Source: a bacterium (GTDB lineage Bacteria > Zhuqueibacterota > Zhuqueibacteria > Oceanimicrobiales > Oceanimicrobiaceae). Taken from it: a stretch of 25,198 nucleotides of DNA. Positions 9,016-18,346 of this stretch are shown here, one piece after another (position 1 is the stretch's first letter; each line of letters begins with the position of its first letter). The notes below the pieces were generated by a model that did not search any database, was not told where the DNA came from, and was given only the letters and a program-made list of their open reading frames with translations. Where the stretch lies: assembly GCA_046757025.1 (NCBI GenBank), contig JBHHXN010000066.1:1-25198 (forward strand), in the 5' to 3' direction. Position numbers and translations under genes: made by a program.

Positions 9016-10162
9016 TTTGCCTCCACCACATTCTTAAAATCGGTGAGTTATATCTATAAACTTTAATGTCATCATGGTTGTTGATGTAGCCATCGTAAAT
9101 CAAAGAACCTACCACATCTTTATAAGTTTCTTCCAATCCATGTTTCACTGCCAGATTGAATAGCTCATTAGAATCGATGGTTTCATTCTCAGATAGGATA
9201 TTTAAAAGTTCTTTTGCAAAATTGTACTCGCTCTTCTTCATCGATGATCGAAGTCTGGTATGCCAGTGCTCAAAATGTTGCCTCTGTTCCAGCATCTCAG
9301 CGATTGCTTGATTCACTGTATCTTCTGAAATTTTATCCAAATGCGTATCACGATGCAGATTTCGTAATTCATCAATGAGCAATTGTATGTAAAATGGAAT
9401 CAACCATTCGACTTTTTTCAGGATGTACTCCATAATTGAATCGGAAATATCGAATTCAACATTTTCTAAAAGGAGTATGATAAGCTGTTTAGCTTCGGTG
9501 AGTTTAAGCGGAGGAATTTTCAGTCTTGACAGGTCGATTATCGTTTTAACGATATTGAGTTTACTCACGATATTTTCCAAACCGATTGAACCCGTATAAA
9601 TAAACTGGACATTTTTGCTAATCTCAAGATTCTGACGCAATTCACGATTACTCTGCAAAAAATGTTTGCCGGCACCTTCCCCTTCATCTTCAATTATGTT
9701 TTCCAATGTCTCAGGGAATTCATCCACCATAATAATTAATTTTTGGTATTCTGCTCCTGGTGATTTTAGAATTTTTATTAGCATCTCGCGGTAATCAAGT
9801 TTATCACCTACGCCAAATTCAATTCCGTCTAGTCCAACTTTTTTAATTTTGGGTTGGTGCTTTTCTAAAAAAGCGATTATCTTTTTTGAATTTTTCAGGA
9901 AATTGGTTTTTAATACTTTATTCACCATTCTTCTGTAAAACTCGTTTTCATTATTAACAGATTCTGTAATCATATAAAGAAAACAATAATGTTCTTGCGG
10001 ATTGTCTTGGAGATAATACATCAACGATGTTTTGCCTACTCTTCTGGGTGCCGCTATCAGGATGTGACTGCCTGCCTCAAGTAAATCCCATGCCTGGTTT
10101 ATCAAATTTTTCCTATTAAAATAATCATCTCCTCGAACTGCATTACCGGTTTGAATTTTCAT
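9002..10162 (-). CDS. P-loop ATPase, archaeal-ATPase/STAND-like (386 aa)
   Basis: Walker A APRRVGKTS; Walker B IIMVDE; YTGSIG; C-terminal wHTH-like segment ending SPILRMWW; 14-bp overlap with the next gene. Confidence 0.88.
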   Translation of the reverse strand: MKIQTGNAVRGDDYFNRKNLINQAWDLLEAGSHILIAAPRRVGKTSLMYYLQDNPQEHYCFLYMITESVNNENEFYRRMVNKVLKTNFLKNSKKIIAFLEKHQPKIKKVGLDGIEFGVGDKLDYREMLIKILKSPGAEYQKLIIMVDEFPETLENIIEDEGEGAGKHFLQSNRELRQNLEISKNVQFIYTGSIGLENIVSKLNIVKTIIDLSRLKIPPLKLTEAKQLIILLLENVEFDISDSIMEYILKKVEWLIPFYIQLLIDELRNLHRDTHLDKISEDTVNQAIAEMLEQRQHFEHWHTRLRSSMKKSEYNFAKELLNILSENETIDSNELFNLAVKHGLEETYKDVVGSLIYDGYINNHDDIKVYRYNSPILRMWWRQNVAN

Positions 10163-10193
10163 CTATTCTCCTTTTGACAAAATATCTATTGTT

Positions 10194-10234
10194 AATTTAT
10201 ATGACAATATAATTATTGTCAAGTGAATTGTCAA
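10194..10234 (-). promoter_or_regulatory. Tandem sigma70-like promoters overlapping a palindromic operator candidate
   Basis: TTGACA(10234-10229)-17-TATATT and TTGACA(10222-10217)-17-TAAATT; palindrome TGACAATA-TAAT-TATTGTCA at 10202-10221. Confidence 0.65.
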
Positions 10235-10405
10235 GGCTTTTTTCAGTATTTTTTTTCTGGCCGGTAATTGTTATTTCAAACTGGCCTAATAATCCTTAAG
10301 TGCTTCTGAGACGCGTGATTGCCAATTAACCAACTGTTCAGAAGATTTGATATCCTTTTAACGTACACTTTATTAATTCTTGAAACGAATCCTCAGGCTA
10401 ACCTC

Positions 10406-10434
10406 TTGACATTCATCCACAGTTTCAGTATTTT
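10406..10434 (+). promoter_or_regulatory. Putative sigma70 promoter of fdrA
   Basis: TTGACA (10406-10411), 17 nt, TATTTT (10429-10434). Confidence 0.5.
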
Positions 10435-10475
10435 TGCATCGATCAGATTTCAACTTTACAACTAAACGAGAAACC

Positions 10476-12194
10476 ATGGCTGCAACAAAAGTCGAAATTC
10501 GTCGCGGTACCTACTACGATTCCATCGTGCTGATGCAGCTACAAAGCGCTTTGACCGCTCTGCCTGGGGTGAGCAACGCGGCGGTGGTGATGGGGACCGC
10601 TGCCAACAAAGAGCTGCTTAAACAGAGCGATCTTCCGAATGAACAGGCGCAATCTGCTCAGGCCGATGATCTGGTTATTGTGGTAACCGGCCAGGATGCC
10701 GCGGCGGTGACAGGCGCTCTGCAACAGGTGGATAGTCTGCTTGCCCGCCGCCGTCAGGTGGTAGAGCAAGATTACCGTCCCAAAAGTCTGGCGGCTGCAC
10801 GGAAATTTTTGCCGGAGGCAGAATGGGTACAGATATCCGTGCCCGGACGCTACGCAGCCGGCGTGGCGCGCGAGGCGCTGCATCTGCAGAAGAACGTTTT
10901 TTTGTACAGCGACAACGTTTCCCTGGAGGACGAAATCGCACTCAAAAAACAAGCGGCCGATCAGGGCTTGCTGGTGATGGGTCCGGATTGCGGCACCGCT
11001 ATCATCAACGGTGTGGGTTTGGGTTTTGCCAATCGCGTGCGTCGCGGTGCCATCGGATTGATCGGCGCTTCGGGTACCGGCTTGCAGCAGGTAAGCGCAC
11101 GCATTCATCAGTTAGGTGGAGGCGTCACGCATGCCCTCGGCACCGGCGGGCGCGATCTCTCCAAAGAAGTAAACGCCATTACATTCCGACAATGTCTGCA
11201 GCTTCTGCAACGCGATCCGGAAACGAAAGTCCTGGTGCTCGTCTCCAAACCGCCGGATAAACGGGTGGCGGCGCAGCTTCTGCAACTGGCCCGCAGGGGC
11301 GGTAAGCCGGTGGTGGTCAATTTTATCGGCATGGCCGCGGGTATGGAGCCTGCAAATGACAGCCTTCTCCATTTTACCAGTACCCTGGATGAAGCCGCTG
11401 AGCTGGCGGTGAAATTGGCCAAATCTGCTAAATCTCAAAAAACACAAAAATCCGCGCCGGAAGCGCCTTTTGCTGCTGGGCAACGATTTGTCCGTGGTCT
11501 TTTTTCCGGCGGTACTTTAGCGTATGAAACCTTGCTTATTTTACAGAATTATCTGCCGGAGATCTATTCAAACATCGCGTTGGACCCAAAATATCGACTC
11601 CAAAATCCACAGCAAAGTCAGGGGCACACCGTCCTCGATCTCGGAGAAGACGAGTTTACCATGGGCCGGCCGCATCCCATGCTCGATCATACGCTGCGAT
11701 TGCAACGATTGCAGCAGGAAGCTGCGGATCCCGAAGTGGCCGTGATCATTTTGGACGTGGTTCTGGGATACGGTGCGCATCCGGATCCGGCAAGCCAGTT
11801 GGCACCGGCTATTGCCAAAGCGAAATCGCAAGCCAAAAAACAGGGGCGTCATCTGGAATGTGTGGCCGTAGTGGTGGGCACCGATGAAGATCCTCAGGAC
11901 CTGGCCGCTCAGATGGCCCAGCTTACGCGAGCTGGGGCCCGGGTGGAAACCAACCATGCGGCTGCCGCTGCACACGTGGGTCAGCTTGTGCAGCCATTGC
12001 AAAAACTCCAATCGCTGCCGCCGGTGCTGCTTACCTGTTTAACCAAGCCGCTGCAAGTCATAAACGTCGGTGTGGAGTCGTTTGCTGCGAGCTTGAAAGA
12101 TCAGGAAGCCGCAGTGGTGCACGTGGATTGGCGACCCCCGGCCGGCGGCAACGAAAAACTGATGTCCATTCTCGAACGCATGAAACAGAAATGA
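10476..12194 (+). CDS. fdrA: FdrA/AllF-family acyl-CoA synthetase-like protein
   Basis: YYDSIVLM, ISVPGRYA, MGPDCGT, GASGTGLQ, GTGGRDLS, GLFSGGTL, GRPHPM, C-terminal VDWRPPAGG; ATG 10476. Confidence 0.92.
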   Translation: MAATKVEIRRGTYYDSIVLMQLQSALTALPGVSNAAVVMGTAANKELLKQSDLPNEQAQSAQADDLVIVVTGQDAAAVTGALQQVDSLLARRRQVVEQDYRPKSLAAARKFLPEAEWVQISVPGRYAAGVAREALHLQKNVFLYSDNVSLEDEIALKKQAADQGLLVMGPDCGTAIINGVGLGFANRVRRGAIGLIGASGTGLQQVSARIHQLGGGVTHALGTGGRDLSKEVNAITFRQCLQLLQRDPETKVLVLVSKPPDKRVAAQLLQLARRGGKPVVVNFIGMAAGMEPANDSLLHFTSTLDEAAELAVKLAKSAKSQKTQKSAPEAPFAAGQRFVRGLFSGGTLAYETLLILQNYLPEIYSNIALDPKYRLQNPQQSQGHTVLDLGEDEFTMGRPHPMLDHTLRLQRLQQEAADPEVAVIILDVVLGYGAHPDPASQLAPAIAKAKSQAKKQGRHLECVAVVVGTDEDPQDLAAQMAQLTRAGARVETNHAAAAAHVGQLVQPLQKLQSLPPVLLTCLTKPLQVINVGVESFAASLKDQEAAVVHVDWRPPAGGNEKLMSILERMKQK

Positions 12195-12212
12195 AAACCG
12201 AAAGGAATTATC

Positions 12213-13454
12213 ATGGATATCGACAAAGCGAATTCTGAAGCTCTGAAAAAAATGATGGAAGCCCGGGCCGTGCTGATTGGTCTGGACAAAGCGGGTAAAG
12301 TCATTCCTGGCATGCGCGAGAATCTTCTGCTGCATGCGGGTCCGCCCATCACCTGGCAGCGGGCATCGGGTCCCATGCGCGGCGCCATCACCGGCGCGCT
12401 CATTTTTGAAGGCAAAGCAAAAAATGAAACCGAAGCGCAAGCTCTGGTGGAAAACGGCGAAATCGAGCTGGAACCGTGCCACCACCATCAGTCGGTGGGC
12501 CCCATGGCCGGCGTGACTTCGGCTTCCATGTCGGTGTATATCATTGAAAACCAAACCCACGGCAACCGCGCTTTTTCTAATTTAAACGAAGGCTACGGCA
12601 AAGTGCTGCGATACGGTGCCTACGACGAGGAAGTTCAAACGCGCTTACGCTGGATGGAGGACGTTCTGGCGCCGGTGTTAAAGGATGCCATCGCAGCCAG
12701 CGGCGGCATCGATATCAAAGCGCTGCTTTCGGAAGCCCTGCACATGGGCGACGAAGGGCACAACCGCAACAAAGCCGGATCCATATTGTATTTGAAAGCC
12801 CTGGCGCCGCACATCGCCCGGGTGTGTAAAGACAGCAGCACCGCAGCTGATGTGTTGCAGGCCATCGGCGATAACGCCCTGAGCGTGCTCAATCCGGTCA
12901 TGGCCGCCTGCAAAGCCATGGCCGATGCCGCACACGCCATCGAAGGCAGCACCCTCGTCACCACCATGGCACGCAACGGGACGGATTTCGGCATCCGTGT
13001 CAGCGGGTTGGGCGAGCGGTGGTTTACGGCGCCAGCGCAAATTCCGCGCGGACTTTATTTCGCCGGCTACAGCGAAGAAGACGCCAACGCCGACATCGGC
13101 GACAGCACCATCACCGAAACCGCTGGCATCGGCGGATTTGCCATGGCCAGCGCGCCTGCTATCGTTACGTTTGTGAGCGGCACGCCCCAGGACGCCCTGA
13201 ACGCCACACTGGAAATGTACGAAATCACTTACGGCGAGCACAAGTATTTCACCGTCCCGCCGCTGGATTTCCGTGGCACGCCCACGGGCATCGATATTCG
13301 TAAAATCGTGGAAACCGGCATCACTCCGCGCGTGAATACCGGCATTGCCCACAAAAAACCGGGCATCGGCCAGATCGGCGCCGGCCTGGTGCGGCCGCCC
13401 ATGGCCATTTTCGAGGAAGCGCTGGTGGCGTTCGCTGAACAATATAATATTTAA
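12213..13454 (+). CDS. ylbE: DUF1116 (YlbE/YahG/AllG-like) protein
   Basis: LLHAGPP, PCHHHQSVGPMAG, MGDEGHNRN, MARNGTDFG, DIGDSTITET, NTGIAH; starts 18 bp after fdrA. Confidence 0.92.
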   Translation: MDIDKANSEALKKMMEARAVLIGLDKAGKVIPGMRENLLLHAGPPITWQRASGPMRGAITGALIFEGKAKNETEAQALVENGEIELEPCHHHQSVGPMAGVTSASMSVYIIENQTHGNRAFSNLNEGYGKVLRYGAYDEEVQTRLRWMEDVLAPVLKDAIAASGGIDIKALLSEALHMGDEGHNRNKAGSILYLKALAPHIARVCKDSSTAADVLQAIGDNALSVLNPVMAACKAMADAAHAIEGSTLVTTMARNGTDFGIRVSGLGERWFTAPAQIPRGLYFAGYSEEDANADIGDSTITETAGIGGFAMASAPAIVTFVSGTPQDALNATLEMYEITYGEHKYFTVPPLDFRGTPTGIDIRKIVETGITPRVNTGIAHKKPGIGQIGAGLVRPPMAIFEEALVAFAEQYNI

Positions 13455-13458
13455 CTTA

Positions 13459-13779
13459 AATTCGATGTAATTAATGACTCTGTTGATTAAGTCCATTTTT
13501 CCATCAAACTTCATGCTGAGCGGAGTCGAAACATGAATAAAAAACAACAGGTTACGGCCTTTCCCAAATTCACTTCGGGACTCAGCCTGCAGGTTTCTTC
13601 GACTTAATCAACAGAGTCATTAATTCACTTACAAAAATTAAACAAAACGGTCAATGCAAAGCGTTTTTTGCTGAAGCAGTCTTACGTTTTGAGGCTGGGG
13701 ATTGCTTCATACCGCTGAAAAACGCGGAATTCGCAATGACATCTCTCAAATTACTATCGATTTTTCGTTACATCGAATT
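13459..13779. mobile_element. Nested MITE-like elements with REP-like cores
   Basis: Outer 12-bp perfect IR AATTCGATGTAA (13459-13470 / 13768-13779); inner 25-bp perfect IR AATTAATGACTCTGTTGATTAAGTC (13469-13493 / 13601-13625); REP-like pair at 13650-13740. Confidence 0.7.
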
Positions 13780-13849
13780 CATGTTATTTAGATTTTTTTC
13801 TCTGCGGTTCTCTGCGAACTCAGCGGTCTCTGCGTTAATAGCATACTTA

Positions 13850-14108
13850 AATTAGAACGGGAAATCGTATAAATTGGTACCGTGTGTTGTATATAGCGGC
13901 TGTGGAATACATGTCATTTCGAGCTCTTGATGACCTATCGTTATTTTTCCAACGAAGAACAGGTCACCTGTCCATGAAAACAATCCTACTGCGCGGGAGA
14001 GCGAAGCCATCTCCTGATAATCAGGCTGGAGATTGCTTCGTCGTCCAGCAACTTTAATTCTACAATATTGGAATGAGAGTGGACTCCTCGCAATGACTTG
14101 TTCTAATT
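13850..14108. repeat. REP-like palindrome pair inside a 9-bp IR
   Basis: GTCATTTCGAG (from 13913) ... GAAGCCATCTCC / GGAGATTGCTTCG ... CTCGCAATGAC (to 14097); AATTAGAAC (13850) / GTTCTAATT (14100-14108). Confidence 0.65.
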
Positions 14109-14156
14109 GGATTTTTACAAAAGTTTTGTTAGGACTAAAAAAGAATTGATGATCCC

Positions 14157-15035
14157 ATGAAGATCCTGAGTGTTGGCGACAGGTTGCAACCTGGAAAATA
14201 CGAAATTCATTCCCGATTTAACCGTGTAATCAATTTAACCGACGGCAAAAATCTGCTTACCTTTGTGCGACCAGAGGTCGGTGCCGGCCCCATCAACATC
14301 GTGGTTGAAGGCGGCAGCCTGGAGGACATCGACTGTGTGGAATTTGACAGCCGCTCGATCTATTTCGGGAGTAACTGGCACGAGTTCGATGCTTCCCAGA
14401 TTTACGATTCGCGTATGAATTTCGAGGCATTTGATCACACCACGCTCAGCCACAATTTTTCGCTATTTAAAAACTTAATCACTGAACGAGCGCATCCCAA
14501 AAGTCTGGCCTTTTTACTGGATGCACGACGTCTGTCCGGATTTCGTTCTTCATTTGAAAAAGCGCTCGTTGAACGATTCTTGCAGGCTTGTCAAAAAATA
14601 GCCCGTGGTGAGGTGCTTGCCGCGGTGAAGCTGAGCAAAGGCTGTGGCTTCGGTTTAACTCCCGGCGGCGATGATTTTATCGCCGGCCTGCTGTTCGGCC
14701 TGCATTTCGAGCAAGGCATTTTCAAAAATAATCTCACATCTCTGATTGAAGAGGGGCATTCTGCTTCGGTGAGTTTGCATCTCCTGACAGCGACTTTTCT
14801 CAAGCTGGCAAAAGAGGGCCGGCCTTTTGCACGACTCAAGCATCTCTTCTCGGCGCTCATTCGCGGCACTCAAAACGATGTTCAGAATTTCACAAACCGA
14901 CTTCTATCCTTTGGCGAAACCTCCGGAGCTGATTTAATTACCGGATTCGCTCTCACACTCCAGGCTGCGCTAGGTGAGAATTCGAACTGGTTGCAACAGG
15001 CTGAAAAAATGGAGTTTGAGAAAGTATCGATTTGA
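14157..15035 (+). CDS. ylbF: DUF2877 (YlbF/YahE/AllH-like) protein
   Basis: IHSRFNRVINL, GFGLTPGGDDFIAG, GETSGAD motifs; next to fdrA and DUF1116. Confidence 0.88.
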   Translation: MKILSVGDRLQPGKYEIHSRFNRVINLTDGKNLLTFVRPEVGAGPINIVVEGGSLEDIDCVEFDSRSIYFGSNWHEFDASQIYDSRMNFEAFDHTTLSHNFSLFKNLITERAHPKSLAFLLDARRLSGFRSSFEKALVERFLQACQKIARGEVLAAVKLSKGCGFGLTPGGDDFIAGLLFGLHFEQGIFKNNLTSLIEEGHSASVSLHLLTATFLKLAKEGRPFARLKHLFSALIRGTQNDVQNFTNRLLSFGETSGADLITGFALTLQAALGENSNWLQQAEKMEFEKVSI

Positions 15036-15076
15036 ATTCCATAGTTTTCATTTTTCAGCTTTGAAACAAAAACTGC

Positions 15077-15105
15077 TTGACATTTTCTGCTTTTACAGTT
15101 ATTAT
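15077..15105 (+). promoter_or_regulatory. Putative sigma70 promoter of the kinase fusion gene
   Basis: TTGACA-17-TATTAT; a homologous copy lies upstream of the second kinase. Confidence 0.65.
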
Positions 15106-15198
15106 AAAGATGATTCCTCTCTTTGAAACTATTTTTCGCTTAATCATTTCAAATATATAAATTAGTCCAGTACCGTAATTATCTCACAGGATTTTCAG

Positions 15199-18120
15199 GT
15201 GATCGGAAAAACAATTTCCCATTACAAAATCCTCGAAAAACTCGGCCAGGGCGGGATGGGCGTGGTTTACAGAGCAGAGGACACCAAGCTCAAACGTCTG
15301 GTTGCCCTGAAATTCCTGCCGCAAGATCTCACACAAGATCAAGAAGCGACCAAACGCTTCATTTACGAAGCGCAAACTGCCTCAGCACTAGACCATCTAA
15401 ATGTCTGCACAATCCACGAAATTGATGAAATCGATGACAGCCGTCTGTTTATCTCAATGGCTTATTACGAAGGGGAAACGTTGAAACAAAAGATTGCCCG
15501 GGGGCCACTACCGATTGAAGAGGCAGTCGATATTACCATTCAAATTGCGCAGGGATTAGCTAAAGCCCATGAAAAGGGAATTATTCATCGCGACATCAAG
15601 CCAGCCAACATTATTGTGCAGCGAGACGGCTCTGTGAAGATAATTGATTTTGGTCTGTCTAAACTTATGAGAGACCAGAGTATCACCAAAAGCGGTTCGA
15701 CTCTGGGCACGGTGGCCTACATGTCTGAGGAACAAGCGTTGGGAAAAAAAGTCGATCATCGATCGGATATCTGGTCACTGGGCGTTGTGTTGTACGAAAT
15801 GCTCACCGGGCAGCAGCCTTTTAAAGGGGAATATGAGCAGACAGTGATCTATAATATTATCAATAAAGATCCAAAGCCCATAAAAGAATTGCGACCCGAA
15901 ATTCCACAGGAATTGCAGGAGATTGTCAAGCGCACTTTAAACAAAAAGCCGGATTCCCGTTTTTCATCTGTTGCCGAGATGTTAGAGAAATTGAGGGAAT
16001 ATCCATTGGCTTTGAAGCCTGTTGGTGCTGAACTTTTCGGGATTAAGCCACTTCTGAAAAGTTTCAAACAACCCAGAGTTGCCCTTCCGGCAATTCTCAT
16101 ACTTACAATATTTATGTTTTTTGCAATACAATTTTTCATCAAAAACTCCCATGCACGCTGGGCTCGTTACGAAGCGCTGCCGGAAGCCGCCCGCCTCTTG
16201 CTCAAGGAGCAAAACCTCGTTGACGCGTTTCTTTTGGCTCAACAAGCGCAACGTTATATTCCGGATGACCCCCAGGCTGAAAAGTTACTGAACTCTGCTT
16301 CTTACCCACGTGTGCTGCGAACGACTCCATCCAGAGCAGATGTCTATTTTAAAGATTACTTTGCTGTAGGCGCCGAGTGGCATTACATCGGCCGAACACC
16401 CATCGATAGCACTCGTCTGCCAGTCAGCTATCTCCGCATACGCGTCACCAGGAAAGGATTTGAAACAGCGATTTGTGCTGTAAATATTTGGATGACCGAC
16501 ACACTCCAATTCAAGTTAACACCAAAAGGAACCGCACCGCCCGGAATGGTTCTCGTGCCCGGCGGAAGGCAACAACTCGGCAGCGACGATCCGGTCGAAT
16601 TACAGGAATACTGGTTAGACAAATACGAGGTCACCAACAAACAATACAAAAAATTTGTGGACGCAGGTGGCTACCAGATGCTTGATTACTGGAAACATCC
16701 TTTTGTCAGGAAGGGCCGCACACTTTCATGGGAACAAGCCATGACCGAGTTTCGAGATGTCACTGGCCGGCCAGGACCATCCACCTGGAAGCTGGGTACC
16801 TATCCTGACGGTCAGGCTGAATACCCGGTACGCGGCGTCAGTTGGTACGAAGCTGCTGCGTATGCTGAGTTCGCCGGCAAAAGTCTGCCGACGGTTTAAC
16901 ATTGGCGTAAAGCAGCCGGCTTAGTAGTTTTTACTAACATTCTTTCGCTTAGTAATTTTGATAATGAAGGCTCCGCGCCGGCCGGGACCTATCAAGGTCT
17001 AAGTCCCTGTGGCAGTTATGATATGGCCGGCAACGTCAAGGAATGGTGCTTAAATGAAACCACCGGCAAAAGATATATCCTGGGTGGCGCCTGGAACGAG
17101 CCGGAGTACATGTTCTCTGCCAGGGATGCGCAGCGACCGTTTGGACGTGCAGAGACCTACGGTTTCCGCTGCGCACGGTATCCCGATTCATTATCCGAAG
17201 AACTTACCAGACCAATAGCCGCTCTGTACCATGACTTCAGTCAGGAGAAGCCGGTTAAAGACGATATTTTCGAAATCTATGAAAACCTCTATTCATACGA
17301 CCCGATTAATCTTGATGCTAGGATTGAAGGAGTAGACGAGAGCCCGGAGCACTGGCGCAAGGAAACCGTCAGCTTTAATGCTGCCTACGGTGAAGAACGG
17401 ATGCTTGCCCATTTGTACCTCCCGAAGAATGCAGCTCCGCCCTATCAAGTTGTAATCTATTTTCCGGGCATCAATGCTCTTAATATCTCAGTTAGTGAGA
17501 ATTTAGCCGATATGGCCTTTGTCGACTTCATCCCTCGATGTGGTCGGGCCTTCCTGTATCCTGTTTATAAGGGAACTTACGAACGCGGAGGAGGGAAACC
17601 CGCCCGGGGTCCACGCGCTTTCAGAAACCGAACGATCCAAAGAGGAAAAGATATTCAGCGTTCAATCGATTATCTTGAGTCGCGTGAGGACATCGATACG
17701 GAGAAGATTGCGTACTTTGGAATGAGTTGGGGCGCTTTTGAGGGACCCATTTTTACAGCAATTGAGAAGCGTTTCAAGGTCAGTATTCTTCTGGGAGGAG
17801 GATTTTATACAAACCTATTTCTATCTGGAGGTTTGTACTATGACTTTATGCGCAGGGAAGCTGAAGTCAATCCAATACATTTTGCACCGCGTTCGAGATT
17901 GCCGGTGTTGATGATCAATGGCCGATATGATTTTATGTTCCCGGTTGCAACCTCCATAGTACCGATGTTTCGCCTTCAGGGAGCGCCCGAAAAAGACAAA
18001 CGTCTTGCTCTGTTCGACTATGGACACCTCCCGCCTTTGAATGAAGTTATCCGGGAGACGCTTGATTGGCTGGACCACCACTTAGGAGCGGTGCAATCTG
18101 AAATGCAAAATATTAAATAG
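15199..18120 (+). pseudogene. Ser/Thr kinase-TM-PEGA-FGE/SUMF1-alpha/beta-hydrolase fusion (973 codons) interrupted by one in-frame TAA at 16897-16899
   Basis: ORFs 15199-16899 and 17023-18120 share a frame and the gap is open: KSLPTV*HWRKAAG...GSYDMAGNVKEW. Kinase GQGGMG/VALK/HRDIKPAN/DFG; TM helix; FGE motifs VSWYEA, MAGNVKEW, GFRCA; hydrolase GMSWG, NGRYD, GH. Could be a base-call error rather than a true pseudogene. Confidence 0.85.
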
Positions 18121-18148
18121 TGATTAAACGTACACTATTAATAAAGTG

Positions 18149-18252
18149 GTCATTGCGAGTTCCGATTAATAATCGGGACGAAGCAATCTCATGCTGTGTC
18201 TAATAGTGAGATTGCTTCGCTGAGAAATCCCGAAAGCATTCGGGACAATGAC
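18149..18252. repeat. REP-like palindrome pair
   Basis: GTCATTGCGAG...CGAAGCAATCTCA / TGAGATTGCTTCG...CAATGAC, with side hairpins CCGATTAATAATCGG and TCCCGAAAGCATTCGGGA. Confidence 0.8.
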
Positions 18253-18346
18253 GGAATAGTCGAGTTTTCAGTCAATTATTATATAAAAACCTCTCAACTT
18301 GGATCAATTAGTAAAAGGTATCGATTTGAGAACAGGTGTTTAAATC

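Noticed and set aside
12678..13547. 289-aa antisense ORF, and similar shadow ORFs over feoB, fdrA and the kinases
   Set aside because: They lie over well-supported genes in GC-rich coding DNA and show no motifs of their own.
13455..14156. CRISPR array or structured ncRNA gene in the repeat-rich spacer
   Set aside because: No regularly spaced direct repeats and no cas genes; the structure is explained by nested inverted repeats.
16540..17180. FGE/C-type-lectin-fold domain as a diversity-generating retroelement target
   Set aside because: No reverse transcriptase and no adenine-variant template repeat seen in the window; a remote element cannot be excluded.
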